The translations under genes were made by a program, and so were the position numbers. This document shows, in pieces, positions 31,588-41,366 of a stretch of DNA of 64,000 bases (the first letter of the stretch is position 1; the number at the start of each line of letters is the position of its first letter). The stretch lies in NCBI GenBank assembly GCA_000146465.1, contig CP001951.1. The stretch is one strand, 5' to 3'. Under the pieces are notes generated by a model. The model was not told the DNA's origin, made no database searches, and worked only from the letters and a program-made list of their open reading frames with translations.

Positions 31588-32358
31588 ATGGACTTTGAGA
31601 GTAAAGACAGGAGATATGGAGATCTTCCCGGGAGACAGACAAAGATTTTCATGAAAAATGAAATTTCCGACGGAGACAGTGCAGCAATAGAAAACACAAG
31701 CAGACAAATTCCCCACAGTGAGTTCGAGGCTTTTCTTAAAGATTATTTTGCAGAAGCAGACGAGAAGAAGTTTAATCAGACTGTTTTAAGGACGCCTTTA
31801 GACGAGGAATGGCTTGAGGAGATAGTTGGGAAGGAGACTGAATGTGCAAGAGAGGCCATGATAAAGGGTCTTATGGGATGTCTTATAGACGAAGGAGATA
31901 TTCTTAATGGCTTTTCCGAAGTTCTGGAGGAGGAAGGATCTGCAGAAATGGAAGTGGAAGACTGTATTGAGGTGGAGAAGACTCTAAGATCCTTTTCCCT
32001 AGAGAATATAAGGGATCTGGTTAGACTGTACAAAGAACAAGTTTCGATTAACAACAAGAGGAAGGACCTTCTTCGCAAGAAGTTAAAAGAGAGATTGGCC
32101 TACTATGGATACTGGATGGTACTGAGGGCCATTGACTCGGAAATTGAGGATTTGGTTTCCCGAGAGAAGGGAAGAAAGAAGGGAATTGAGGAGGAAAGAG
32201 CTCGGGAGGTTCTAGAAAAACGTTCCGAATTCATGGAATTATTCAAGGATTTCTCGGTACTTGAGGAGGACTATAGAAACTATGAGGATCTATTTGATCC
32301 CAAGGAGAATGTGGATGCAAGTAGGCATGGAGTGTTTCCATACGACTACTTTTCATAA
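31588..32358 (+). CDS. Hypothetical acidic protein
   Basis: A 256-aa ORF with an ATG start and Glu-rich sequence. No confident family. Confidence 0.4.
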   Translation: MDFESKDRRYGDLPGRQTKIFMKNEISDGDSAAIENTSRQIPHSEFEAFLKDYFAEADEKKFNQTVLRTPLDEEWLEEIVGKETECAREAMIKGLMGCLIDEGDILNGFSEVLEEEGSAEMEVEDCIEVEKTLRSFSLENIRDLVRLYKEQVSINNKRKDLLRKKLKERLAYYGYWMVLRAIDSEIEDLVSREKGRKKGIEEERAREVLEKRSEFMELFKDFSVLEEDYRNYEDLFDPKENVDASRHGVFPYDYFS

Positions 32359-32408
32359 AGAGGGAAGGCTATTAGGAAGGAAAAGATAATGGGCCGGGAG
32401 CCCCTGGA

Positions 32409-33041
32409 ATGAGTCTTGAGGAAAAGCTAATGAAAAGGCTAGAGGGAGGGATGTTTCGGATACTGAACGACAAGATGTACCATGGAAAGGGCTTAAAGAA
32501 GAGGGACTTGAAGCTATATCATGAGCTGTATGATCAGCAGGTTAAGCGATGGCCAGTTAATCCTCTTGATGTTATTATTGAGAAGATAAAGAAGAAAGGA
32601 AATGGCATGGCGATAGCAGACATAGGATGTGGAGATGCTCGGATTTCCAGGGAGTTTGAAAATGTAATGTCCTTGGATCTGAATCCTTCTCGAAAGGATA
32701 TAATCCGCTGCGATATGAGACAAAGGATCCCTTTAGATGACAAGAGTGTGGACATTGCAGTTTGCTGTTTAAGTATGATGGCTGAGAACATTTCGGTTCC
32801 TATGAAGGAGGTAAACCGGATACTAAGGGAGTCGGGGTACTGGTATATAGCAGAAGTCAAGAGCAGGATACCTAATATAAAGCATCTGGAGAAGAAGTTT
32901 GAGAGCTTTGGGTTTGAAGTTGAGCATACCGACATGTCAAATGCACAGTTTATTCTTTTCGTTTTGAAAAAGAATCTAGATAAGAATCCGAAGAAACTTC
33001 CACCGGTCAGATTGATTCCATGGGTTTACAAGAAGAGATGA
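32409..33041 (+). CDS. RRP8: rRNA-processing protein 8 (Rrp8)-like SAM-dependent methyltransferase
   Basis: A Rossmann methyltransferase with motif I IADIGCGDARIS, an acidic strand SLDLNPS, motif IV region SVDIAVCCLSMMAEN, and YWYIAEVKSRIPNIKHLEKKFESFGFEV resembling the Rrp8 C-terminus. Confidence 0.65.
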   Translation: MSLEEKLMKRLEGGMFRILNDKMYHGKGLKKRDLKLYHELYDQQVKRWPVNPLDVIIEKIKKKGNGMAIADIGCGDARISREFENVMSLDLNPSRKDIIRCDMRQRIPLDDKSVDIAVCCLSMMAENISVPMKEVNRILRESGYWYIAEVKSRIPNIKHLEKKFESFGFEVEHTDMSNAQFILFVLKKNLDKNPKKLPPVRLIPWVYKKR

Positions 33042-33078
33042 AGGTGGAAAGAGGAAACTTGATGTTTACTACCTTTGG

Positions 33079-33495
33079 CTACTTGGCGGAAACTCCGAAG
33101 AAGAAGACAAAAGCTGTTGAATACACCGAGTAGTATATGAAGAACAGGATTGATACAACGATGTCTGGCGTGGTCATAGTGAAGCACTCTCTGCAGTTCT
33201 TGTATCCCATCCTCATTACAAACACATTATTCATGATGATGAAGAATGCCAGGAGGTTCATTATCTTTGCAATAACATGGAGAGCTTAAATTAAAGATAG
33301 CACTTACCATTTATGATTCTAAAATACAGCTTTCCTTTCTTTGCCATTGGTTTTACAAGAGACAGAGCTGTGGAATATGTTATTATAACTATGAGAACCT
33401 GGCTTCCGTAGAAATATCTTGGTGCTAGGGATGCAGTGAGGATCAGTCCGAGGAGCGATGAAATCTTTGAATTAGTAGGGCAAGGCACTTACCAT
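33079..33495 (-). CDS. Small multi-pass membrane protein of about 121 aa, encoded by three exons with two tiny spliceosomal introns
   Basis: Exon 1 is the ATG alone (33495..33493). Intron 1 is 33492..33465 (gtaagtgccttgccctactaattcaaag, 28 nt). Exon 2 is 33464..33308. Intron 2 is 33307..33285 (gtaagtgctatctttaatttaag, 23 nt). Exon 3 is 33284..33079. The splice joins two track ORFs in frame (33291..33488 and 33079..33261). The product is M-ISSLLGLILTASLAPRYFYGSQVLIVIITYSTALSLVKPMAKKGKLYFRIIN-A-LHVIAKIMNLLAFFIIMNNVFVMRMGYKNCRECFTMTTPDIVVSILFFIYYSVYSTAFVFFFGVSAK. Confidence 0.45.
33285..33307 (-). other. Spliceosomal intron of 23 nt (phase 1)
   Basis: Minus strand: AAATG|gtaagtgctatctTTAATttaag|CTCTCC. 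Removing it keeps the upstream exon in frame with the downstream 60-aa ORF. 23 nt is at the minimum of Encephalitozoon intron lengths. Confidence 0.4.
33465..33492 (-). other. Spliceosomal intron of 28 nt immediately after the ATG
   Basis: Minus strand: ATG|gtaagtgccttgccCTACTAATtcaaag|ATTTCA. It has a GTAAGT 5' splice site, a CTAAT branch-like element 3 nt from the 3' AAG, and is almost the same length and sequence as the RPL27A intron. Confidence 0.5.
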
Positions 33496-33645
33496 TTCCA
33501 TCTTGTCTTTGAACATCATTGTGGTCTGGGGTTGGGTGTTTAGATGGTTTGTTGATGCCAAGAAGGGAGGCCATGGTAGCTTGATGGGCTAGAGACAGCA
33601 AGGGTTCCCTTGGACACATTGGGAATGGATGGCTAGAACGGAGAA

Positions 33646-33668
33646 GTAAAAAATATTTCGGGATCCCT
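33646..33668 (+). promoter_or_regulatory. AAAAAATATTT box plus CCC motif upstream of the NDC80 ATG
   Basis: The sequence is gtAAAAAATATTTcgggatCCCtATG. Confidence 0.3.
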
Positions 33669-35303
33669 ATGACTCGGAGATTCACCATGACGCCGAACTC
33701 CAGGAATTCTATTAAGACACCTATTTCAGGGGCGAAGGTTGCTCTATTTCCAAGACACTCTGTAGCGGCTGAGGAGATCAAGAGGAGGGATATGAGGCTG
33801 GTGAGAGAGAAAGGATACAAGCAGCAGTGTGTTGACACTATTTTAGGGTTTTTGATGGAAAATGGATACGATGGACAGATATCACAGAAGATCATGCATA
33901 ACCCGTCTTCGAAGGACTTCCAAAGTATCTTCAAGTTCCTGTATGGATTTGTGGACGACTTTGTGTTCTCCTCAAGGTTTGAGGACGAAGTTGTGAATGT
34001 GATGAAGAATTTGAGGTATCCATATTGCGGGGAGATTACGAAAAGCCAGCTGAGTGCAATAACACCCCACACATGGCCTGTAATTCTAAGCATGTGCAGC
34101 TGGCTAGTGGAGCTGATAAGGCATGGAGCAACTCTTCTCGAGCAGGAGGAAGAGAAGAGTGTTGAGAGCTGTTTCTTTGAGTATGTGTGTGATGGGTATA
34201 TGAGATTTATGGAAGGAGATGAGGATGATGCGGCTCTTGAGGAGGAATTTGAGAGGAAGGTCACAGAGATATACACGGGGATATTTAAGGAGATCGATCG
34301 AAAGAAGGAGGAACTTTCCCGGATTGAGGAGATGATAGGGAAGTCTCGAAGGATGTCTGAAAGCCTTGGAGAGCTGGAGAGAAAGAAGAGAGAGTTGACA
34401 GATGATCTGAACATGCTGATAGCTTCTGAGAAACAGCTTGAGGGGAAGAAGAAGAAGTATCTAGGGGCTATTGAGCGTCTTTGCGAAGATATTGCAAGGG
34501 TTGAGGAGGAGATTGAAAGCCAAAGGGTACAAGAGGAAGGATTGAGGGTTCAAATAACGAAACAGAAGATCAATCCTGAAGACGTAAGGGAGATGAATAC
34601 CGAGAAGATGGAGTTATTTAAGGAGCTAGAAAGAATGAAGCCGGAGAAGGAGGGGCTTATGAGAGAGGTAGGAGAACAAGAAAGAGAAGCACAGGAAAAG
34701 GTTGAAGAGGTTGAGAAGTTGTTTTTTGATCTGAAGGGTCTTCGAGATGAGATTTCATTGAGGATAGTGAAGGACACAAAGGGAGGGGTCCAAGTAGTGA
34801 ATGAGGTAAGCAACGAGGTGTTTGACAACGGAATAGCTTCGGTGATTGTACGTCTTGAAGAGGAGCTAAATGGAAGAAGTGATGTTCTTGTGGCAGGGGA
34901 GATGAACAAAGGTATGCTTGAGGAAGCAAGGGCAGAGAAGGAAGGAATGTCTAGCGAACTAAGCAACAGACTCAAATATTGCAGTGATAAGCTTTTGATG
35001 GCAGGAAAGTTGTATCTGGAGAAGAAGGAGATATCTGAGAACGAGCAAAGGAAGAGCAAGACCGAAATGGAGCTGCTGGAGAACGAACTTCTGAAGCTCA
35101 ATCTGGAGTCCAACACGTCTCTGCTGATGAGTGAGCAGAAGCTACAAAAAGCCAAGATACTTCTTGACAGAACACTCAACACCATAAACTATGAGAGAGA
35201 GGAGATTAGCAAGATGGTGTTTAACTTCTACAACACAGTTGTTGATGTTCATACATTGATCCAGTCACAGGTTGGAGACCTGAGGACCTTACTGAACAGG
35301 TGA
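33669..35303 (+). CDS. NDC80: Kinetochore protein NDC80/HEC1
   Basis: The N-terminal calponin-homology region has the NDC80 pattern (QQCVDTILGFLMENGYD...SSKDFQSIFKFLYGFVDDFVF...LRYPYCGEITKSQLSAITPHTWPVILSMCSWLVELI). It is followed by a long coiled coil. Confidence 0.7.
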   Translation: MTRRFTMTPNSRNSIKTPISGAKVALFPRHSVAAEEIKRRDMRLVREKGYKQQCVDTILGFLMENGYDGQISQKIMHNPSSKDFQSIFKFLYGFVDDFVFSSRFEDEVVNVMKNLRYPYCGEITKSQLSAITPHTWPVILSMCSWLVELIRHGATLLEQEEEKSVESCFFEYVCDGYMRFMEGDEDDAALEEEFERKVTEIYTGIFKEIDRKKEELSRIEEMIGKSRRMSESLGELERKKRELTDDLNMLIASEKQLEGKKKKYLGAIERLCEDIARVEEEIESQRVQEEGLRVQITKQKINPEDVREMNTEKMELFKELERMKPEKEGLMREVGEQEREAQEKVEEVEKLFFDLKGLRDEISLRIVKDTKGGVQVVNEVSNEVFDNGIASVIVRLEEELNGRSDVLVAGEMNKGMLEEARAEKEGMSSELSNRLKYCSDKLLMAGKLYLEKKEISENEQRKSKTEMELLENELLKLNLESNTSLLMSEQKLQKAKILLDRTLNTINYEREEISKMVFNFYNTVVDVHTLIQSQVGDLRTLLNR

Positions 35304-35396
35304 GAAGGCTGGGACTAATAAAGTTGTGTTTCTTGTTACAAAGATAAGAGCGAGGAGGAGTTTTATTCTGGAATTTTTTGCCCTTTCAAAGGAGGC

Positions 35397-36251
35397 ATGA
35401 AGAAGACCAATAAAAAGCCCAACGGAGGGAAATTCCGGAAGGAAAGTAGAATGGCTCGGCCTGACAAAAGAGGGGGGAGAGAAAGGATGAATAACAAGAA
35501 GAAGGGGAGTGTACGGGCCGGGCTTGATAAAAAGGTCTTAGTTGAGCCGCATAGGAGGTTTCCAGGGGTTTATGTTAGTCGGGGGAAGGAGGATCTTTTG
35601 CTTACAAAAAGCTTGGCACCAGGGATTAGCGTGTATGGAGAAAGGAGGATTACTGTTGATGTTGAGCAAGAAAGAATCGAGTATCGGGTCTGGAATGTTT
35701 ATCGAAGCAAGCTTGCAGCAGGAATTGTTTGTGGGGTTGAGAACATCCACATGGGCCCGGGAAGCAAAGTGTTGTATCTAGGGGCTTCATCCGGTACAAC
35801 GGTTTCCCATGTCTCGGACATTGTTGGGAAGGACGGAGTGGTGTATGCCGTGGAGTTCAGTGAAAGATCTGGAAGAGATTTGATCAACATGTCTATGAAG
35901 CGTCCCAACATCGTTCCGATAATAGAGGATGCAAGACATCCATCGAGATACAGAATGCTTGTGCCGATGGTTGACTGCATCTTTTCGGATGTTTCACAGC
36001 CCGACCAGACAAGAATTGTTGCCTTGAATGCCCAGTACTTCCTAAAGGAAGGAGGAGGAGTTGATGTGTCGATCAAGGCCAACTGTGTCAACTCGTCAGT
36101 CCCTGCAGAAACAGTCTTTGCAGAAGAGGTGAACATCCTGAGGAAGCACAACATCAAGCCAAAGGAGCAAGTGACTCTCGAGCCGTTTGAAAAGGACCAT
36201 GCAATGATAGTCGGGAAGTTTAGGCTGTCCAAGTCTGGAGAAAAGAAATAG
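35397..36251 (+). CDS. NOP1: Fibrillarin (Nop1), the rRNA 2'-O-methyltransferase
   Basis: A basic Arg/Gly-poor N-terminus is followed by [87 protein letters not shown] and [13 protein letters not shown]. Confidence 0.9.
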   Translation: MKKTNKKPNGGKFRKESRMARPDKRGGRERMNNKKKGSVRAGLDKKVLVEPHRRFPGVYVSRGKEDLLLTKSLAPGISVYGERRITVDVEQERIEYRVWNVYRSKLAAGIVCGVENIHMGPGSKVLYLGASSGTTVSHVSDIVGKDGVVYAVEFSERSGRDLINMSMKRPNIVPIIEDARHPSRYRMLVPMVDCIFSDVSQPDQTRIVALNAQYFLKEGGGVDVSIKANCVNSSVPAETVFAEEVNILRKHNIKPKEQVTLEPFEKDHAMIVGKFRLSKSGEKK

Positions 36252-36345
36252 TTCCCCCAGGGAAACTCAAAAGCCCTGAAGATGAAATCAGACCTTCATA
36301 TCCAAATCTTTATTTTGACCAAATAAACGACCTAAAAGTATTATT

Positions 36346-37053
36346 TCACCATTTCATGGCAGTCTTCTTAGTTTTCTTGTCCGCCTTCTTTTCTACTCCA
36401 CAGGATTCCTCTTCAAGAATTCCATCGCTTTCTTCCAACTCGGCAACATATCTCTTCTTTCGATTCTGTTTCTTTTCTCTTTCTACTGCAGCCTTGTTTG
36501 CCAAATGGAATCTGTCCTTGAGCTCTGTCCCATAGATTCCACTCTCAAGCCTGAGCATGAGCTCGTCTCCTATGTTCTTCTCGAAGTTGATTTTGTTTAA
36601 AGTTTTGAGTGCTCGGAGCTTTTCTCTTCTATTCATCTTCTTTCTTCTCACCATATACTTTGTCTTCCCGTGCTCCTTGAAGCGCTCCAACCTTCGGAGA
36701 TACTGCGTGAGTTTCGAAAGCTTCTGCTTACATTTGTGGATAATCTTTTCATCCCAGAACTCAAGATTCTCTTCTATCTGCCTGAGAGCTTCTTCGTAGT
36801 TTGAAGACAGCTTGATCTCTTCGTAGACATCTCTAGGAACATGCACCCGCTCAGGCTCCTTGATAAACAGGAAAAGCTCTTCGCCCATTTCCCGGACTGT
36901 TGCATACTTCGAGTTGGCTAGTGGGCATGAAAATCTGTCGCACAACCCAGTTACATTGTTCTTGTTCCTGCACAGAGCGTTCTCTTCTGTCTTCATCTTG
37001 AACGAGCAATAGCCTTCTCCACCTATGTTCCTCCATATGCTCTCGTCGGACAT
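36346..37053 (-). CDS. MAK16: Mak16 (60S subunit biogenesis; Ribosomal_L28e/Mak16 family)
   Basis: The N-terminal IWRNIGGEGYCSFKMKTEENALCRNKNNVTGLCDRFSCPLANSKYATVRE matches the Mak16 cysteine cluster. The C-terminus is acidic and Lys-rich. Confidence 0.8.
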   Translation of the reverse strand: MSDESIWRNIGGEGYCSFKMKTEENALCRNKNNVTGLCDRFSCPLANSKYATVREMGEELFLFIKEPERVHVPRDVYEEIKLSSNYEEALRQIEENLEFWDEKIIHKCKQKLSKLTQYLRRLERFKEHGKTKYMVRRKKMNRREKLRALKTLNKINFEKNIGDELMLRLESGIYGTELKDRFHLANKAAVEREKKQNRKKRYVAELEESDGILEEESCGVEKKADKKTKKTAMKW

Positions 37054-37114
37054 CTATCGTGGGTACTGGGTCATACAAATATTAACCGAATATAGACTCA
37101 AACATCCCATGCTG

Positions 37115-37849
37115 CTAAAGGGATGAAGAGAAGGGGTGGCTTCTCAAGTGCTTGAATAAAAACCCATCTGGAAATATCTCTGCTACACTAGTGATTCCAA
37201 ACTTCTCTAAGAGGTCGGCTAGCTTACTTCGGACTAAAAGATGTCCCTTGTGAAGTCTTCCCTTTATGTGCCTGTCTATCTTCACTTTTGTATCACTTAA
37301 AACTATGCCTGCTCCGCACACAGTGCATCTCCCCATCCCTTCTCCGTTGTTCTTTGCATAATATGCTTCCTTGATTCTTTCCAGCTCCCATTTTACCTTC
37401 TCGCATTCATCAAAGGCGTGGCACGCTTCCTCCACTTTTCCTTCCATCCCAAGCTGCTCGATACTTTCATAAAGCTTCTTGAACAACTCCTCCTTTTCTT
37501 TTATTCTCTCAAGCAGAGGAAGATCTGAAGTATCAGAAGCAGTGCATTTCTTGGCAACATTTCGAACATCCAAAACAATCTCAACAAGTAAACGAAGGAG
37601 CTCCCATTCATACTCTTCAGCCCTCTTTCTTCCATTTTTGTTGTATTCAGCCCGGTAATATTCCTCATGGTTACCATATCTGCACTTTCCAATGCTTCTT
37701 CTCGTGTTGCGGAACAACTCAAATGGGCAGAACGAAGCAAGCATGTATATGCAGGTGTCTCTCCTCTCCGAAGATAGCTTGTCAGGGTTGTAGATGTCTC
37801 TTTCCCGCCCAAGAAGCATGTCAAGAACTTCCCTTGCTCGATCTGTCAT
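37115..37849 (-). CDS. LUC7: LUC7-like U1 snRNP protein
   Basis: The N-terminal DRAREVLDMLLGRERD...RDTCIYMLASFCPFELFRNTRRSIGKC..H.E is the Luc7 first zinc finger. A second C2H2-like CTVCGAGIV...H...H follows. The gene's upstream region is 37850..37994. Confidence 0.65.
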   Translation of the reverse strand: MTDRAREVLDMLLGRERDIYNPDKLSSERRDTCIYMLASFCPFELFRNTRRSIGKCRYGNHEEYYRAEYNKNGRKRAEEYEWELLRLLVEIVLDVRNVAKKCTASDTSDLPLLERIKEKEELFKKLYESIEQLGMEGKVEEACHAFDECEKVKWELERIKEAYYAKNNGEGMGRCTVCGAGIVLSDTKVKIDRHIKGRLHKGHLLVRSKLADLLEKFGITSVAEIFPDGFLFKHLRSHPFSSSL

Positions 37850-37994
37850 TCTAATGGGGGACGATACTTGAACATAGGTAAAGCGATGATGTCTTTCTCA
37901 GAGAGAAACAAGCTTTGTTGCTATTCTCCGTTTCCCGGAAGCCGTCATCCTTATCTAAAAACAATCGCATAGAACTTCTGGAGGCCCTTTTAGC

Positions 37995-39089
37995 CTAACC
38001 TGGTAATGATACAGAGGATCTCCCCCCAATCATAATAAACTCGCCACTCTTCAACTTTATGGAGCAGAAGCTCAAGGTCTTCTTCAGAAAAGAAACATAA
38101 TCATGTGGAAGTCTGGACGAGGTAAGGTCCAAATATCTTAGAGAACCTTTGAAGTGCATGATGACCTCATAGAAAGAAGCCCCATCAAAAGTACATCCAA
38201 CAAACCCAAGCCCAACCAAATTTGGGTATCTCAAATATACCGTCTTGAACATCCTACTGTCGATCTCCGCCTCTGTCACATGAAGCAGCCTCAAATTAGG
38301 AAGACTTTCCCTCATACACTTCAAGTCTCTTCCTCCAACATACATTATCTCTGCCATCTCGAGACCAAGGTTGGTAAGGCACTTCAGAAAGCCCATGCAT
38401 CGTACAGCGTTCACAAAAGAACACAGTCTTACATCCAAACAGACCCCTTCATCAATAATCTTAAACCATACCAACTCCCTTGAGATACACAGGTCAACGA
38501 AGGATTGAAAGTCAATTCCCATGTTGACAAGCTCTATCTTCTTCAATTTTGGCATCTCTTGGAGCTTTTTCATAAGGCCTTCTCTCCACTCATGGCATCC
38601 TAAGACATCAACATTCACTAGTGACACACTTACTAGTGACCCTACACCAAGAATATTCATAAGATCCTCATACGCCACAGTAGTGTCCCTCATAACTATT
38701 TCCTGCAGCACAGTGTCTATGTTGCTCCTCATCTTTACATTTGCAACTTTTAGAATGCTCAGCTTTCTAATGCATGTATTGTTGATCGAAGCCAAATCAA
38801 AAGAACACGAATCACAGACCCTCAGGACCCGAAGGTTGATAAAGGGGTGGAGGTCGACGTCAAATGCAGGCCTTGCCTCATAATACACCTTCCTCTCATA
38901 TGGTTTCCTCCACGGCGAAAGAATGGGTACTTCCCTTGGAGGCACAGATTTGCACAGAGCCTTTAGACGTCTATCGTATTTTCCAATCAGATATACCAAG
39001 TCCCTGGGAATCTGGAACTCAGGCTTGCATGTCTCTCTTGGAATCAAGCGCTTCTTGTTCCCGATCTTAAGATCAGCTATTCTTCTCAT
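37995..39089 (-). CDS. Leucine-rich-repeat (RNI-like / F-box-LRR-like) protein
   Basis: It has a periodic L..L..L..C/N spacing: LRVLRVCDSCSFDLASINNTCIRKLSILKVANV..., KLKKIELVNMGIDFQSFVDLCISRELVWFKIID, LKCLTNLGLEMAEI. I see no other recognisable domain. Confidence 0.35.
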   Translation of the reverse strand: MRRIADLKIGNKKRLIPRETCKPEFQIPRDLVYLIGKYDRRLKALCKSVPPREVPILSPWRKPYERKVYYEARPAFDVDLHPFINLRVLRVCDSCSFDLASINNTCIRKLSILKVANVKMRSNIDTVLQEIVMRDTTVAYEDLMNILGVGSLVSVSLVNVDVLGCHEWREGLMKKLQEMPKLKKIELVNMGIDFQSFVDLCISRELVWFKIIDEGVCLDVRLCSFVNAVRCMGFLKCLTNLGLEMAEIMYVGGRDLKCMRESLPNLRLLHVTEAEIDSRMFKTVYLRYPNLVGLGFVGCTFDGASFYEVIMHFKGSLRYLDLTSSRLPHDYVSFLKKTLSFCSIKLKSGEFIMIGGRSSVSLPG

Positions 39090-39148
39090 ACCTCAAGGGA
39101 TCTCCTCATCGGCATATTTCAGCATTCTTGCTTCTCCCCTGAAGCAGA

Positions 39149-39499
39149 ATGAGTCTAAAAGAGTCTGGAGTAATGGTTATGACAATAGGAGTGACTGTAT
39201 TCCTTGCTGGTGCCATTCTTCTGATGGACAGGGCGCTCATGATATCCGGGAATCTCCTGATAATCATAGGAATTGCTCTTCTTGCCCGGTCCAGGATGTT
39301 CTCCTTTCTGCGCCCAGAGAAAATGCAAGCCATGGTGATTTTTGGAATGGGAATTCTGTTTCAGGTTTACAAGCTCCTTGTCTTTGGCTTTTTTCTGGAG
39401 GTCTTGGGCCTGTTCCTTCTTCTGAAAGACAGCATCCCCACATTCAGGACTGTGCTAACAACCTTACTCTTTGGAAAGTTGCAGAAACTTATAAAGTAA
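39149..39499 (+). CDS. GOT1: Got1/Sft2-family Golgi transport membrane protein
   Basis: The 116-aa product has four predicted TM helices. FLAGAILLMDRALMISGNLLIIIGIALLARSRMFSFLRPEKMQAMVIFGMGILFQVYKLLVFGFFLEVLGLFLLL parallels yeast Got1 ([28 protein letters not shown]...). Confidence 0.6.
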   Translation: MSLKESGVMVMTIGVTVFLAGAILLMDRALMISGNLLIIIGIALLARSRMFSFLRPEKMQAMVIFGMGILFQVYKLLVFGFFLEVLGLFLLLKDSIPTFRTVLTTLLFGKLQKLIK

Positions 39500-39578
39500 A
39501 GATCTCGATTAAACACCAACGAATTTATTTCATTTACGAGGAAGACCAGAGCCCATCTCTGTGTTTCTTTTTGGATTC

Positions 39579-41366
39579 CTACTCCAATGAAGAACTGCTC
39601 TGAAGTTCTCCCCTTAAGATTTTCAGCCCATATGTATTGAGCATTCTTATAGCATCTACTTCCTCACGGTTGCATCGGTCTGCATCCCATCTATGCTTCC
39701 TCTTGAATATCTCAAGAACTTTCCCAAGACACCGATAGGCCTCCTTTACATCTATAAGCCCAATCATCAGCCTGTTGCAGAGCACATCGCATATCCTGAC
39801 AGCCATCTCGTTGTCTATGCAGTACTCCACTTCTTCGACAAGGTAGGTGTATTTCTCTGATAGGTGATCTTTCTTCTTCCCCCTTCTTCTATACTTTGCA
39901 AGCTTCAAAGCCATTGTTCCGTAGAATCTCGTAAGCCTCTCTGCAGTATCCTTTCCCACCCCTAGTTTCCTTTGGATCGAGACATATGTGTCTTCGGAAT
40001 ACCCATCACTCCCAAGTATCTGAACATATTTCGTCACACAAGGGCCCTTTGGCTTCAATGAAAACTCTCGGATTGCCAAGTCTATGGCATCTTCTGCTAT
40101 TTTTCTATATATCGTCCACTTCCCTCCTGTGACCGTTAGAAGTCCATTCTTCTCAATCTTGACAAAATGCTTCCTAACAATAGAACTTGTTTCCGAAACC
40201 TCGTCATCTTTGACCAGCGGTCTTATTCCTGTCCAGATAGCAGAGACCTCGTCCTTGACCAGCTTTAGGCCCTGCGAAGTGTATGCCCTAACCTCATGCA
40301 TCAGAAACTTTAAATCCTCCTTTGTTGGAGATGGCGACAACTCATTCTTTGCCTTGATGTCCGTGGCCCCCACAAGAGTCTTCCCCATCCATGGCATGAA
40401 AAAGGCTATTCTGTTGTCTCCTGTAAGAGGGTCCAGAAACCCCATTTCCTTGGGTGCATATTCCTTTGGAATAACAATATGTGTTCCCGAACTCTGGGAT
40501 ATAATCTCTCCCGTGCTTGAATCGCTCTTCTTCCTTAGATCATCTGCAAAGCTGCCTGTGCTATTGATAACCCCAAGTCCCTTAATCTCCATTTCCGAGC
40601 CTGTAATCCCGTCTTTGCATCGAACTCCCGTAATCTTTCCACCCGAGCTTATCAAGGATTTCACAGACAGGTAGTTCGTTGCCACTGCTCCATGATAAAC
40701 TGCAGTCATCACTAGCATCACATTGTTTCGAACATCGTCTTGCTGCCCATCAAAATAAACCATTGCTCCACAAAGATTCTTCTTGTTGACATGAGGAAAT
40801 ACATCTATAGCCTCCTTCCTTCCAATAAAATAGCTTCCTCCCAATGATTTCAGCCCTGAGATCCAGTCATAGAGCTTCAGCCCAATGTAATAGTAAGGAA
40901 TAAGTATCCTGCTGTATACCGGAACCATTATCTTGATGCTATTTGTAAGATATGGCGATATTCTAAACATGGTACTTCTTTCTTCCAACGCTTGCCAAAC
41001 AAGCTTGTACTGAGACCAATCTAAGTTACTAACTGCACTTGCAAGATACCTTACTCCACCATGGACAAGCTTGGTCGATTTCGAACTAGTTCCTGACCCG
41101 AAGTCCCCTGCATCTACCAGAGCTACTTTCAGCCCCCTCGTTGCTCCGTCAAGGGCACATCCCGCCCCACTGCTCCCTGCACCAACTATGATCAGATCAA
41201 ACACCTCCGACCGAAGTCTCTCCATCATGGCCTCTCTTGTAGGCACCTCCCAGTTCTTGCAGGGCTTCCTGATGCATTTCAGCCTACCCATTACAAATAT
41301 CTTCTTGTAGAGATATCTGAAGGCCATAAGTACCGAAAGAAACAAAACCACCAGTGCAGCCAGCAT
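39579..41366 (-). CDS. GUT2: FAD-dependent (mitochondrial/mitosomal-type) glycerol-3-phosphate dehydrogenase
   Basis: An N-terminal hydrophobic leader is followed by the FAD-binding fingerprint DLIIVGAGSSGAGCALDGATRGLKVALVDAGDFGSGTSSKSTKLVHGGVRYL. The C-terminal is a DAO_C-like domain. Confidence 0.85.
   Translation of the reverse strand: MLAALVVLFLSVLMAFRYLYKKIFVMGRLKCIRKPCKNWEVPTREAMMERLRSEVFDLIIVGAGSSGAGCALDGATRGLKVALVDAGDFGSGTSSKSTKLVHGGVRYLASAVSNLDWSQYKLVWQALEERSTMFRISPYLTNSIKIMVPVYSRILIPYYYIGLKLYDWISGLKSLGGSYFIGRKEAIDVFPHVNKKNLCGAMVYFDGQQDDVRNNVMLVMTAVYHGAVATNYLSVKSLISSGGKITGVRCKDGITGSEMEIKGLGVINSTGSFADDLRKKSDSSTGEIISQSSGTHIVIPKEYAPKEMGFLDPLTGDNRIAFFMPWMGKTLVGATDIKAKNELSPSPTKEDLKFLMHEVRAYTSQGLKLVKDEVSAIWTGIRPLVKDDEVSETSSIVRKHFVKIEKNGLLTVTGGKWTIYRKIAEDAIDLAIREFSLKPKGPCVTKYVQILGSDGYSEDTYVSIQRKLGVGKDTAERLTRFYGTMALKLAKYRRRGKKKDHLSEKYTYLVEEVEYCIDNEMAVRICDVLCNRLMIGLIDVKEAYRCLGKVLEIFKRKHRWDADRCNREEVDAIRMLNTYGLKILRGELQSSSSLE

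Noticed and set aside
33443-35185. Long minus-strand ORFs 33443..34414 (323 aa) and 34550..35185 (211 aa)
   Set aside because: They are antisense to NDC80. The translations are serine- and leucine-rich low-complexity strings, as expected opposite GAG/GAA-rich coiled-coil coding sequence.
37880-37935. A second box C/D-like arrangement (GGATGACG ... CTGA on the minus strand) in the LUC7 upstream region, sharing the 10-mer AGCAACAAAG with the 25790 candidate
   Set aside because: The C box is poor, there is no terminal stem, and a shared 10-mer between two sites is expected many times by chance in 64 kb.
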